A DNA stretch of 63,150 nt, the filler included, from Chiloscyllium plagiosum (lineage: Eukaryota): the NCBI RefSeq assembly GCF_004010195.1. It is 6 parts of one record of this genome, joined end to end, with 100 filler letters (N's around TTAATTAATTAA, not from the genome) between each part and the next. Parts side by side here need not be neighbours in the genome. Positions count along the whole stretch, not along the records: positions 31,820 to 43,249 come from NC_057717.1; positions 43,350 to 56,737 come from NC_057717.1; 4 more parts are not named here. One strand, given 5' to 3'. The translations under genes were made by a program, and so were the position numbers. The notes beneath the pieces are model-generated. The model was not told the origin of the DNA. It made no database searches and saw nothing but the letters and a program-made list of their open reading frames with translations. Position 1 is the stretch's first letter, and each line of letters begins with the position of its first letter. Positions 35,717-48,796 of the stretch are shown piece by piece.

Positions 35717-38700
35717 CACATCCTCCCTCCCTTTCTCGCATTCCAGGAGAAACAGCCTGGAATAGGACAGAAAAAGGCCAACCCAGGTGGTGGGGTGCCT
35801 GATATCTGTTCCCTCTCCTCTCCCCACGACGTGTGGGGAGGACATTGGTACGAGCTGAAGAGGACTGGGGCGACTTGTGTGGAGATTCTGAAACATCCAC
35901 GTCCCACCAACCGAGTAAGGAGCAATGATCAGCCTCGGACAATTCTCACTTTAAAACCATTGGCAGTTCCAACGTCAGCTCTCTCACTCTCAAAAAAAAA
36001 ACAGATACCTCTCTGCACAGAGATGCATGCATAGAATTACCTACAAATATCGGTAAATACCCGAATATACTAACATGTACAATATGTACAAGAAGACAAG
36101 CATACACGCATATAGAAGCACTCAAATACATATACAGTCACACAAAATGGAAACAAACACAGATAGAAATACACACGCTGGTACACAGACATATGTAGGC
36201 AGACAAATGCTCATATAACAAGCAGATGGACACACACACACGCACACACACACGCACACACACTCGTCTCATTAATACACAAATAGATCAGCCTTTGATT
36301 TATAAGGGGATCGGGGATTCTCGGCAAAAGGCAGAAGAATGAGGTCGAGGAACATATAAGAAATTATTGCATGGCATATCAGACTCGATGGATTGAATGG
36401 GCTAATTCTGCTCCTTTTCTAATTCCCATGTGGTGTTATGCTATCAGGCATTCTCTTCCTGAGACAGCAGCAGAGGCTGGGTTGATAAGTATTTGATTGG
36501 AAAGAGACAGTGGAAATGTGGGACAGGTTTGGAGTGCGGAATGGCTTATGTCTATTCCTAATTACTGCATCTTTTTTATCTGAAAAGAGGTGGTGATTTG
36601 ATGTTGGGTTAACAAAGTTAAAAATAACGGGTCCTGCAATGAAAGAGCATTGTGCTCTCTGTGGTTTCCTCCTTCAGGCTATCAGTATAGATTGTAAATA
36701 ACTGATGCCATCGGGCTCATATCTGTGGTACTCCAGCAGATACACATTTACCATAATGATCATTAATCCTGACTCTCCGATTTCTATGTGTTAACCAATC
36801 GTCATCCCATGCTAATGCATTATCCGTCAGACTATGAGCTTCTGTCTTGTGTAAGAACCTTTATTTTGTGATACCTTGTAGAAAATTTCTGGAAATCCTT
36901 GTGTCTACCAGATCCCATTTATCAAATCCGCTTGTTACGTTCTCAGGGATCTCCAGAAACACGTTGCATGAACTTAAAGGGCAAAATATAATTTCCCGTT
37001 CACAAAACCACACTGACTCTGCTGAAGCTTTTCTAAATGTCCATGCTGGCCAGGTTTTCCAAACTAAATTGGTCCCATCTGCTTGCATTTCGCGCACATG
37101 CCTCTAAATATTTCCCATTCATATGTTTGTCCATATGTCTTTTCAATGTTACGGCTGTACATGCATCTTCCTCTGGCATCTCATTCCATACCCTCACTAC
37201 CCTCTATGTAAAAAAGTTGCTCCTTCGTCCCTTTTAAATATTCCCCCTTTCACCTTATGCTATGCCTTCTATGTTTGAACTCCCCCACCCTGTGGAAAAG
37301 ACTTGGCTGTTCAACCTATCCATGCCTCCCATGATTTTCTAATTTCTGTAATGTCACACATCAATCTCCTACACTCCATCTGATACTAACTTCAAGATTA
37401 AGTATTTAAAGGTAAATATCGCAAATTTGAAACAATGCTAAAAGTGGCTGGTAAATAATACAATGTCCAAATTTCATATTGTGATTTGCTTTTCTCCATG
37501 TTACAATGCTAAGGCAGGATGAAACTTTTACTAGTGCCAATAAGTAGTCAACACCTAATTTCCTTTTTCTAAAGGGGGTGATGATCTCTACTGTGAAAAC
37601 TTACTTCTGGCCAGATCTACATATTACCACATAGTTAACATTCACTCTCTTGGCCTCCCTATGATCTTGAGTGGTTGTGTCTTCTTTATCTTTATCTTGC
37701 ACTCAAGAGAAGGAACCCCTTTCCCCCATTCATATCTTAATTTAAACCCGTTTTACATCATCTTCTCGTTCACCACTGATAAAAGTCCGTTTATCTGTTA
37801 CCACACCCTCTTTTCCCTGGCATCCATCCCGCACCTCTGGCAAGGGATCAAAAACCTATTTTTCAATCATTTTCAGTTCTGAAGAAGCTGGACCTGAAAC
37901 GCTAACTCTGTTTCTCTGTCTCTGCAGATGCTGTCAAATCTGCGGAGCTTCTCCAGAAATGAATAGGAACAGCATGAGTGTTCAAGTCAGCAAGTAATTA
38001 TGGATAGTGGACATAAAAATGCAAACATTGCTGGACAGACTGGGAGCTTTTAGAAGGGTCACTGGAAGAATTAAATCGCCGATAGTACAGATAAAACTGG
38101 GTTCACATGTGATGCTGAAAAATCACAGCAGCAGCAGAAGCAGATTTTTTTTCAATCATAGTCTGTTACTTTTTCCCCAGGATAATCCCTCAGTCTACTA
38201 TTACCATCAAGCCAATCGATAGTTAAGTGACGAATGTGTGTGAACATGCCAGAGTCAGAACCTTGTGTACCTAAACTTGATGATAACTCGTTAAAACTAC
38301 CGCACTGGATTGGCTACACTCCAAACAGCGGAAAGAACATCTGATGGAGAGAGAGAATTGATCCCAAATCAAAAGAGCAGAACGAAGCTCTGCAGTACTG
38401 CCACATCCAGGGATAAAGGTCGATGGCACAATAAACAACTTACTGGCGGAGAGGACTCCTGAAATATCTCCATCCTAAATAATAGAACAGCCGTGTACAT
38501 CTGTGTAAAAGACAAGGATGTCGTATCTACACCATTCTCAACCAGAAGCGTGGTGTTGACGATACACCTCAACCTCACCATGATACCCACAGAATCACAG
38601 ATGCCAGTCATTAACCGATTCGATTCGCTTCCCGTGACATGAATAAACAGCTGAACACAGTAGATACGACAAAGGCAATGGGCCCTGACACCATTCCAGA

Positions 38701-40713
38701 AATAGGACTGAAGACTTATGCTGCACAACAAGCCGTGTCCCTTTGGAAGCGGTTTCATTCCAGATCCAACGCTGACATCTCCCTGGCAATTGGAAAATTA
38801 CTCAGCTATGTCCAGTCCCCTAAGAGGAGAATAATTACAATCTGATCGATTACTAACCCCTCTGTCCCATCACGATATTCAAACCAAAGAGAGTCATTTC
38901 CGACATTATCACAGCACAGAAATAACCTGCTCAGTGTGGTTTCTGGTAGGTCCCCATGTGGAGATGGTGGAGTTGTGGAAATGTCACTGGATTACTAATC
39001 CAGACCAGGCCTATGCGCTGGCAGCTGGTGGAAGTTAAAAACAATTAATAAAACATCAAGTTGTAAAATCTGGTCAGAAGCAGTGACTTTGAAGCCAATT
39101 TGTAAACACGAATTTCCTTCACTAATATACTTTGAGGAAGTGAATCTCCCGTGCTTTCCTCGTCTGGCCTAAAACTGACTTCGAACACACAGATATGTGA
39201 TACACTCTTCAATGGTCTCTAAATTGGCCATGGAAGACACTTAATAGCATCAAACTGCTTTGAGGTCTTAAAGGATAAACCCGGACAGAACACTTGGCAC
39301 CAGCGTCAGTATTGGAAAAGGGAATGGGAAACACAGTCCTGTTGTCCCTGCAGAGACCTCCTTCTTAACATCTGAGAGCTTCTGATAACATTGACAGCTT
39401 TTCCACAGACTGCACAGAAACATCGGGAAATGAGTAGGCCAATCAGCACACTGAGCCTTCTCGAATTCCAGCTAATGGAGGAAATCTCCTGAATGCAGTT
39501 CTCCCAAACAATATACATATCCTGCAACGTGATTAACCACCCGAAAAGTATAAAATAGGAACTATAGTAGTAGAGTGTGCTACCCCATTCAATACAATGA
39601 CAGCTGATCCTTTATCTCCACACCATAAGCCTGTTATTGCCACCCTTTTACTGTCTAGAAATCCTTGTGTATAATCAGTGCCTTGGTTTCCACAGCCTGA
39701 TCTGGGAGAGAATTCCCCAGGCTCACCAGTCTCTGTGTACAGATATTTATTCTCATCTCAATGCAGTGTGTCCAGTCTGCACCTAATACTGTGGCCCGTG
39801 GTTTTCGACATTTCAGCAAGGGGAATTATCATCCGTGCTTCCAATCTGTCTCACCCTGTCAGAGTTTTATATATTTCACTGAGATCTCCATGCACTTTCC
39901 TAAACACCATGTAATACAGGCCCAATCGCGTCAAACTCTGCTCCCACAACAAGCCTGTCATCCCAGAGATCAGTCTGGTCATCCTTCACTGTCCTCCCTC
40001 AATGTCAGCTTTGTTCTTTATTAGATAAGGAGACCAAAATGTACACAATACTTCTCAATGTTCGAGATGTGGTCTCACCAATGCCCTGTACAGCTACAGT
40101 AAGACACCCTTACTCCTGGACTCAAATCCCGCTGAAATGAAGGTAAACACATTATTTATCTTACGAACTGCTTTCTGTTCCTGAAAAATTGCTTTCAGTG
40201 ACTGGTGTACAGCGAGATCCAGATCATTTTCAATGTTACAGCTCCCCACTTGCTGGGTCTATATATACTGGTCAGCGTGCCAGTGCAATTCCCACTATTG
40301 ACTTTTGGTTTCAGAACTCACTGCCCTGCATGGACCTCGGAGGGCTGCGCAGACGGAAACAAATAAAGGAGCATAAGTCCCTTTATAGATCAACATTTTT
40401 CAACCAATCACTTTTCAAATCGTCGGCTGCTGTTCTATTTATCCAGTGCACTACATCACATCTACCCATACTGCTCTGCATCTGCCAAATACTTACCCAT
40501 TCACTCCACTTATCTCAATCAATTTAGAGCTTTTCTACATCTTCCTCGCCCACTGACAATCCAAAATGGTTTAGTGCTCTCAGCAGGCTGGGAAATATGC
40601 ATTTGGTTCCCTCAACCAAATGTTGGATGTGTGTTAGGAACTGCTGGGGCCCAATCCCCGATCCCTGTGATACACCATGAGCCTTCGTCTCCAAAAAAAG
40701 GGTCCTTTTATTC

Positions 40714-41514
40714 CAGTGTTTCTGGTTCAAGGGCTCATTTCCTGCAGCTTGTACACTCTGACTTGCTTTTTTTCCCCTTATTTTCTCACTATCACTTTTC
40801 TCTCTATAACTTATTGACCTTGTAGCTTGGACAGCATCAGCAGCAACGAGAGCCAAACATGCAGACTTTGATTGGACTCAGGGCATGGCCCTCGAGAGGC
40901 CTCAAGTGGAGCACAGTGTATGGAACTTGAGCTGGGCCCAGTGCAGAGGAGAGTGTGTCACTGCTTACATTTCCGGAGCAAGCACAGGACCTGGAATTGG
41001 CGACTGCTACATCAGCAGAGGAAACGTGTGTGACGGAGGCCCAGTAGCAAAAGGTGATGCCAGAGGATCGGGGACTTCGTTGTTGGTTGGGTGGTGCGTT
41101 GGTGCTGATGAAGTAGACGATGGAAGGGCATCATGGCAGCATCGATGAGGTTGGCACAGCAGTAAAAGACATGTCTCTGACATTGGAGGGTCTGGCACCG
41201 GGGGTGACGAAGTGGTGATGAAAGAGTATTGGCCCAGCGGCAAAGGTGGCACCTGAGGATCAGCAATGTCGACTTTGGTGGCCTCTGGTGTAGATGTTAA
41301 CGAAGCTGGTGTCCAGTAATGGGGGATGCAGGTGCCACCGATAATAAGGAGCTGACTCAGGACCCATGGACTTTCTTCCAGCTATAACTTTCTTTTTCTT
41401 TCAATATTCAGTATTCAAATTATTTAAAACGGTGCCAGTTCGATTCGGAAATGCCTTGTATTTACCCTGTAAAATACACCTGAGAGCAAACTCCAAATCG
41501 ATATCAAAATAATC
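40714..41514 (+). mobile_element. Unclassified GC-rich insertion of about 800 bp
   Basis: Interrupts alignment to copy C: ttttattcc|tactcactgttccc at about 24390 is split here. Confidence 0.55.
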
Positions 41515-42740
41515 CACTCATTGTTCCCTGCCAGCTATGCCGTGCGAAGGCCATGTCCATACGTTAGCCCCAGTTTCATAAGATGTGATGCTGCACACTA
41601 GTTTTGGGACTTTACCGAAAAACTTCCCAAAAATTCAAATACATTACATCCATTGCATCACCATAATTAACTAACCAGCCAGTATCTCAAGTATGATTCC
41701 CATTTCAGAAATTTATGCTGACGTTGTCTATGTTGATTACTTTCAGTCCCAATATTTTCTACAAAACCATGTATTTACTAATTTCATTCTATTCTTATTT
41801 CACCTGATTTGGGTTTCCAAGTCGTGCTGGGAAGGTTTTTCTTTTGTTTTGTTGATGTTTTCTTCTGTGAAGATAGAATTGAAGTACTTGCTTCACAGTT
41901 CCGCCATTTCCCTGTTTTCCATTCTCCATTCTCTGGTTTCAAACTGTAATAAGCTGCTTTTTTTTGTTTACTTTCACAATAACATACTTTTGGAAGCTAT
42001 TGCAGTTGAGTCGTACAACCTTTATTAATACGTGTTTTCAGAAACCAGCAATTTCTGCCTTAAGTTGCTCAATGACTACCCCTCCACAATCATACAATCA
42101 GAGAAGGAGATATTCTGCACCATCAAAAATACAGCACGATATATATTATTCCCACATTCCTACATGCAGCCTGTAGCCGGGAATGTTATGAGAGTCTGCT
42201 GCTGGTCCATGTACTTCTTAACGGTTGTGAGGTGACCCAGGGCAACACGCCTCTCAGGGAGTGCATTCCAGACCACAACACTGTCTGGGTGAAAAACAAT
42301 TGTCAAATTCTCTCTAAACCTCAAAGCCTTCACTTTAAATGTCTTATCCCTTGTTCTTGGCCTTTTGACTATAAGGGACAGCTGCTGTCTGTCCACCTTG
42401 TGCATGACCCTTGTAATCTTATCCTTCTGAATCATGTTCCCTTCAGCCCTATCTGCTCCAATGTAAACAACCCGAGCTTATCCAATCTCTATTCATCCCT
42501 GATAAGCTCCATCCCAGGGAACATCCAGGTGAATCTCCCATGTACCCTATCCAGTGTAATCACATTCTTACTGTAATGTAGCACCCAGAACTGCACGTAG
42601 CATTCTATCCATGGCCGAGCCAATGGCGTGTTTAGATCATATTATGTACGCCTCGATGAATAAACATTCCCTACAGTCCCATGTGCTTTCTTAACTGCTT
42701 ATTATCCTGTCAAAACACATTCAGAGATGCGTGGAGAAGT

Positions 42741-43249
42741 TGAAACATGTGTTGCTGGAAAAGAGCAGCAGGTCAGGCAGCATCCAAGGAGCAGGAGAAT
42801 CGACGTTTCGGGACTAAGCCCTTCTTCAGGAATGAGGCTGGTGTGCCAAGCAGGCTAAAATAAAGGGTAGGGAGGAGGGATTTGGGTGAGGGCATTGGGA
42901 ATGCGATAGGTGGAAGGAGGTCAAGGTGAGGGTGATAGGCCGGGGAGGGGGTGGGGGTGGAGAAGTCGGGAAGAAGATTGCAGGTCAAGAAGGCGGTGCT
43001 GAGTCTGAGGGATGGAAATGAGATAAGGTGGGGGAGGGGAAATGAGGAAGCTGGAGAAATCCATATTCATCCCTTGTGGTTCAAGGGTTTCTAGACGGAA
43101 GATGAGGCGCTCTTCCTCCAAGCGTCGTGTTGCTATGGTCTAGCGATGGAGGAGGCCAAGGACCTGCATGTCCTTGGTGGAGTGGGAGGGGGAGTTAAAG
43201 TGTTCAGCCACAGGGTGGTTGGGTTGGTTGGTGCAGGTGTCCCAGAGGT
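42741..43249 (-). mobile_element. Penelope-like element 3' end: GIY-YIG C-terminus plus intact minimal hammerhead motif
   Basis: HFNSPSHSTKDMQVLGLLH..LEEERLIFRLETLEPQGMNMDFSSF; minus strand 42833-42797 reads ATTC-CTGAAGA-AGGGCTTAGTCCC-GAAAC-GTC-GATTC. Confidence 0.9.
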
Positions 43250-43349
43250 NNNNNNNNNNNNNNNNNNNNNNNNNNNNNNNNNNNNNNNNNNNNTTAATTA
43301 ATTAANNNNNNNNNNNNNNNNNNNNNNNNNNNNNNNNNNNNNNNNNNNN

Positions 43350-45202
43350 TGGCGGCCAGTTTTGCTCGGGTTACAAGGGAGGGTTTAAACTAGATTGGTG
43401 GTCATATCCTCAAGAGCAGGGAGACAAGTGGAAGGAGATACAGTAATCAGAAATAGTAACGTTAGGCTGGAAAATGACAGAGAGAAAGTAATGCATTTTG
43501 GATTAAATTGCATCTGTTTCAATGCAAGAAGACTGACAGATAAGGCCGATGAACTCCGGGCGTGGATAGGTAGGTGGGACTGGGATATTATAGCCATAAC
43601 AGAAACATGTCTTAGTGATGGAAAGGACTGACAACTTAATGTGGTAGCGAACTGGTGCTTTAGGTGAAACAGAGATGGTGGAAGGAGGGGAGGGGGAGTT
43701 GCATTTCTGATTAAGGGAAGTACCGCAGCAGTAATCCGAGATAAAATAACTGATGGATCACCCAGTGAGGCTTTGTAGGTGAAATAGGAATGGAATGGTG
43801 AGGTGATTGGGATTGTAATATAGACCCCCAAAGAGTCAACAGGAATGAGAGTAACAAATATGCAGGGAGAGAGGGGAGACCTGCAGGAGCAATAGGGTTA
43901 TCATAATACGGGATTTTTATTTTTCTAATACAGACTGGAACGGCCAGAGCGTTAAGGGATTTGATGAGATATAATCTGTTAAATGCGTCACGAAAGTATC
44001 CTCAACTGTATATAGAGTGTCCTACTCGGGAAGGGGCAAAACTCGAAATTTTCTTAGGAAATAGGGCAGGACTGGTGACTGAGTTAACAGTGGGGGAGCA
44101 CTGTGGGACCAGTAACCATAGTTCTATTAGTTTTCAAATAGTTATGGAGAGGGACAAAACTGGTCCTCAGGTTCATGTTCGAACTTGGGACGTGGCTCAG
44201 GTACAGGCAGCTGGGATCAAGGGAATCCCTGGAGATATATAAGAGATACAGGAGTTTACTGAGGAAAGAAATCAGTAGGGTGCAAAGGAGGCAAGAAAGA
44301 GCCTTGGCTGAGAAGATTAGGATGAATCCAAAAAGGTGCTTTAAACATATTAAAATAAAAAGCAATAACTGGAGAGAAGATAGGACCGCTCGAATACCAA
44401 TGTGGACAAGTATGTGTGGAACTATAGGAAATGGGTGAGGTCCTCAACGAATATTTCTACTCTATGTTTACCGTGGAGAAAGACATGATGACTTCTGAAC
44501 TTGAGGAAGTTAGTCGTAATATCTTAGGGACAATCCATGTCATAGGAGACGAGATTTTGGACGTACTAGAATGTTTGAAAGTGGATAAATCTCATGGTCC
44601 TTACCCGATATATCCAGGAACACCTCAAGTGGCTCCAGAAGAATTTGCGGGGACTCTGGCCTATAATGTTGATCATCATTAACTACAGGTAATGTCCCGG
44701 AAGCCTGGAGGATAGCAAATGTGCCCTAATTCAAGAAATACTGAACACAAAAGGCCTTGGAACTATAGACCAGAAGGTTTAACATCCGTGGTAGGTAAGT
44801 TACTTGAGAAGGTTCTGAGGGATAAGATTTACATGCATTTAGATAGACAGGCTTTGATTAGGAATAGTAAGTGTGGCTTTGTACGAGGAAGTTTGTGCTT
44901 GACAATTTTCTTAAAGTAATTGGATGATGTGACCAGGAAGATTGACTTGGGTGGGGCAGTAGACGTCGAAACATGTGGTGTTGGAAAAAACACAGCAGGT
45001 CAGACAGTACCCGAGGGCAGGAGGATCTATGTTTCGGATATAAGCCCTTCATCAGGAACGTCCAAAACATCGATTCTCCTGTTCCTCTCATGCTGCCTGA
45101 CCTGCCGTGATTTCCAGTGCCACACTTTTCGACACTGATCTCCAGCATCTGCAGAGCTCACATTCTCCAAGGGCAGTAGATTTAGTCAATATGGATTTCA
45201 TT
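43350..45202 (+). mobile_element. Degenerate CR1 LINE, endonuclease to RT
   Basis: LNCICFNARRLTDKADELRAWIGRWDWDIIAITET, GGGVAFLI, PTREGAKL, DKSHGP, NYRPEGLTSVVGKLLEK. Confidence 0.92.
44964..45170. mobile_element. 207-bp Penelope-derived foldback insert with a 10-bp TSD
   Basis: gggcagtaga at 44954-44963 and 45171-45180; arms gtcgaaa..gtgg..tggaaa..cagcaggtcag and ctgacctgc..ttccagtgccacacttttcgac; minus-strand CTGATGAAGGGCTTATATCCGAAAC at the centre. Confidence 0.85.
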
Positions 45203-45689
45203 TACACCAGAACAGAATGAGGCTTTTCAACTCCTAGAGCCTGATATACAATTACAGGAGGAGGCCAATAAGCCCCTAAGGCCTATAAAACTGTAACCAG
45301 ATCATGCAGCACCAGTATCCAGTTACACAGCAACAGGATCGGTCTATTCAGTTACTTGAAGTCAGTAACACAGAAAATGGAAGAGGCCACAAAGTGACTG
45401 GACTATGGGGTATACTGGAATAAAACCAGGCCACATAGCCCCTCAGACATGCCCTTCCATTCAGTAAGTCAGGGCTGATCTGCACTCGGCCGCAATTTCT
45501 CTTTTATGCCCAATACTTTGAAGCCCTCGACTCTCTGACGGGTCAAAATCCATTGACACCCAATCGCACCCCCCAAACATTTCGGGGATTTGGCCTCCCC
45601 AACTGTCTGGTCCCAAACGTCACTACCTCCTGAGAGAAGGAAACACTCCCCACACATCTACCTTGGCCTATTGACATGGATAGAAGTTA

Positions 45690-46120
45690 TGAACACAGCG
45701 TAAAGTGACTGGCCCTGATATCATGGTAGTATTTGATTGAGCAAGATGTCAAGGAGACTGAACAACATTGAACTTGATGGGAATCAGTTGTAAACTCCCC
45801 ACTGGTTGAATCATTCAGAACAAAATGGGGCTGGTGGAAATCAATCCTCCCATCCCTGGATATCCCTGTGAGCAATCCTCAGGGTAGCTTCTTCGGCACA
45901 AACATCTTCAGCTGCTTCATCAATGTCTTTCCTTCATGTCATACGATCAGAGAGGGGGATGTTCTGTAAAGATTATACAATGTTCAGAACAATGAGTCAC
46001 CTCCTAAGGTACTCAGGTATCAAATCTGGACAACATTCAAGCTTGTACTGTTAATGTAAAGGTAACATGAATCAAAAGCACTGCTGGACACTAAACATTT
46101 CCACGGTTAAAAGAAATAGG
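45690..46120 (+). mobile_element. Non-LTR RT fragment (CR1/L2 group)
   Basis: PQGS..IFSCFIN..IRSExGMF remnants; same family on - at 62206-62590. Confidence 0.7.
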
Positions 46121-46257
46121 AACTCCTTCAGTAACTCTAGCTGGTTTCACAGTAATATAAGAAAGCCATTCCGCCCATCTGATCTGTTGGATAACAAGCG
46201 GCACAATGCATTCACTCACTCCTGCCTATTACACAAGCAGACAATTTCAAAAAACAT

Positions 46258-47790
46258 TAGGTGTTGGAATCCAACGTACACACGCAGGATGCTGGAAGAA
46301 CAGAATAAGCAAGGCAGCATCAAGACGTTGATAAGTGAACGCCTTGTATATAACCCTTCGTCAGGACTGTGGATGGGAGTAAAAGGGTCTATAGGTAGAG
46401 GGGTGGGTGAGGAAGGACGAAGCAGAGTGGCGAGGTGGGGAATAAGTGAACACAGATAAAGGGTATCGGCGTTTTGATGATGGGAGGTCTGAACCCAGTT
46501 GGTAGCTGGACAAAAGCTTGCTCAGAGGATTGGAAGGGAAGGGAGAACCTGAGAAGGGAGTAGGGGGATTTGAAGGGAGGTTATTTGAAATTGGAGAATT
46601 CAATGTTGAGTCCCCGGGGTGTAGGCTGCANNNNNNNNNNNNNNNNNNNNNNNNNNNNNNNNNNNNNNNNNNNNNNNNNNNNNNNNNNNNNNNNNNNNNN
46701 NNNNNNNNNNNNNNNNNNNNNNNNNNNNNNNNNNNNNNNNNNNNNNNNNNNNNNNNNNNNNNNNNNNNNNNNNNNNNNNNNNNNNNNNNNNNNNNNNNNN
46801 NNNNNNNNNNNNNNNNNNNNNNNNNNNNNNNNNNNNNNNNNNNNNNNNNNNNNNNNNNNNNNNNNNNNNNNNNNNNNNNNNNNNNNNNNNNNNNNNNNNN
46901 NNNNNNNNNNNNNNNNNNNNNNNNNNNNNNNNNNNNNNNNNNNNNNNNNNNNNNNNNNNNNNNNNNNNNNNNNNNNNNNNNNNNNNNNNNNNNNNNNNNN
47001 NNNNNNNNNNNNNNNNNNNNNNNNNNNNNNNNNNNNNNNNNNNNNNNNNNNNNNNNNNNNNNNNNNNNNNNNNNNNNNNNNNNNNNNNNNNNNNNNNNNN
47101 NNNNNNNNNNNNNNNNNNNNNNNNNNNNNNNNNNNNNNNNNNNNNNNNNNNNNNNNNNNNNNNNNNNNNNNNNNNNNNNNNNNNNNNNNNNNNNNNNNNN
47201 NNNNNNNNNNNNNNNNNNNNNNNNNNNNNNNNNNNNNNNNNNNNNNNNNNNNNNNNNNNNNNNNNNCCAGTTGGTAGCTGGACAAAAGCTTGCTCAGAGG
47301 ATTGGAAGGGAAGGGAGAACCTGAGAAGGGAGTAGGGGGATTTGAAGGGAGGTTATTTGAAATTGGAGAATTCAATGTTGAGTCCCCGGGGTGTAGGCTG
47401 CATAGGTGACAGATGAGATCTTGTTCTTCCCAATTATGGTTTAATTCATTGTGGGAATGGAGGAGGCCAAGGATGGCCATGTCGGAAAGGGATTGGGAAA
47501 GAGAATTGAAATAGGAAGTGCCTGGGAGGTTTTCCATTCCACCGAATGACCCTACCTTTCAGCTCCCAACGGGATTCATCCCTCCCATCGCCCAACCATG
47601 TTGCACCCACCACTTGGGTCCACATATCCATAACTCACCCCAACCTTCCCCTTCCCTCGTTATCTGCAGCTCCCCCTACACCCCAACCCAGTTCTGAAGG
47701 ACATTTATACCTGAAATGTTGACTTTCCCCGCTCATGATGCTGCCTGGCTTGCAGTGTTTTTTCAGCCTTCCGTTTGTCTCCGATAACTC
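46258..47790 (-). mobile_element. Penelope-like 3' fragment with an inverted terminal segment, spanning a gap
   Basis: YFNSLSQSLSDMAILGLLHSHN..WEEQDLICHL..GLNIEFSNFK (GIY-YIG C-terminus); 47545-47790 is an inverted, diverged copy of the 46260-46490 region. Confidence 0.8.
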
Positions 47791-48154
47791 AGGAAGATCG
47801 ATTCTTGTCAGCACAACGTGCTGGTAGGCAGAAATCACGGGCTTCCCACTGAAGTCCTTGAATGCCTTCCCGCTGGCCAGGAGGAAGACATTCAGTCCCT
47901 CGAGACACTGACACATGAACAGAAGAGGCCACACAGCCCCTCCAAACTGTTACACTGAAATAGGAGGATGTCATCGTTGCTGCAACACGACAACCAATGA
48001 GGCATAGACTGCACAGACAGAGTGCTCCACGTTGTCCCTCCTGGCCCCATTGCTAACGGTACTCACGTGTTATGTTAACGTGGTTTGCTGACCATGAGGA
48101 GGGAAAGTGATTGGTTTGTACCAAGTCCCAAGGAGGCACCTTCCATCTCCGAGA

Positions 48155-48796
48155 TATTACAGACTCGGCTAGACCATTCAAGGCAGCCCAGAGCATACCT
48201 TTGCAATTTGTTTCGTTAATTGTACAATGAAAATTACCCAGAGTAATTTAGCTAGGTTGACTACGAGATTTTAAAACAGACAAAAACTTTATTGATAAAA
48301 CTAAACAATAAAACTAAAAGAACAGAATAAAGAATCACGACAGAATTCAACCTATTCAGCTAGACTTAATTATGCTATTCTGAATATATACAATAGTCGC
48401 AATGCGCAAACTCCCAATAAAAACCAGTATAAATGGAACACATACTTCCAGGTTGAAGTTGAAGGTCAGAAAAGAGAGAGAGTTTCCACACAGCTCCCAG
48501 TTGAACTTCCTAGTTCTAAACTCAACTGAAAACTGTTCAGCTCAGTTAGTTCAGCTAAAATAGCTCACCACTCTCCATTCATTATACTGGTCACTTATAA
48601 AGCATGACCACTTTGGCCTGAAGTCTCATTTATTTCCATAAAAACAAAAGGCCTCTGAAAATCCTTTTCATCTCTGTACTAAACCAGACTGATCGGAGCT
48701 TTGCCCCGTTTTACTGTCCCTCTGAAAAAAATCAAGGACAGAGTCTCCTTGAGCCAAGGAACAGCTTTTAGACAAAAAGGGACTTGCTTTGTGACA
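48155..48796 (-). repeat. 3' LTR of Gypsy element 2
   Basis: Direct repeat of 53609-54254; starts TGTCAC on - just after the PPT. Confidence 0.9.

Larger units (their letters stand above)
32538..40177 (+). repeat. Tandem segmental duplication, copy B
   Basis: Matches copy A and retains two segments deleted from it (about 32654-34440 and 34483-34910). Confidence 0.95.

Noticed and set aside
46518..47537. Long ORFs of 179-318 aa here and at 31997-32596
   Set aside because: Composed mostly of X from N gaps.
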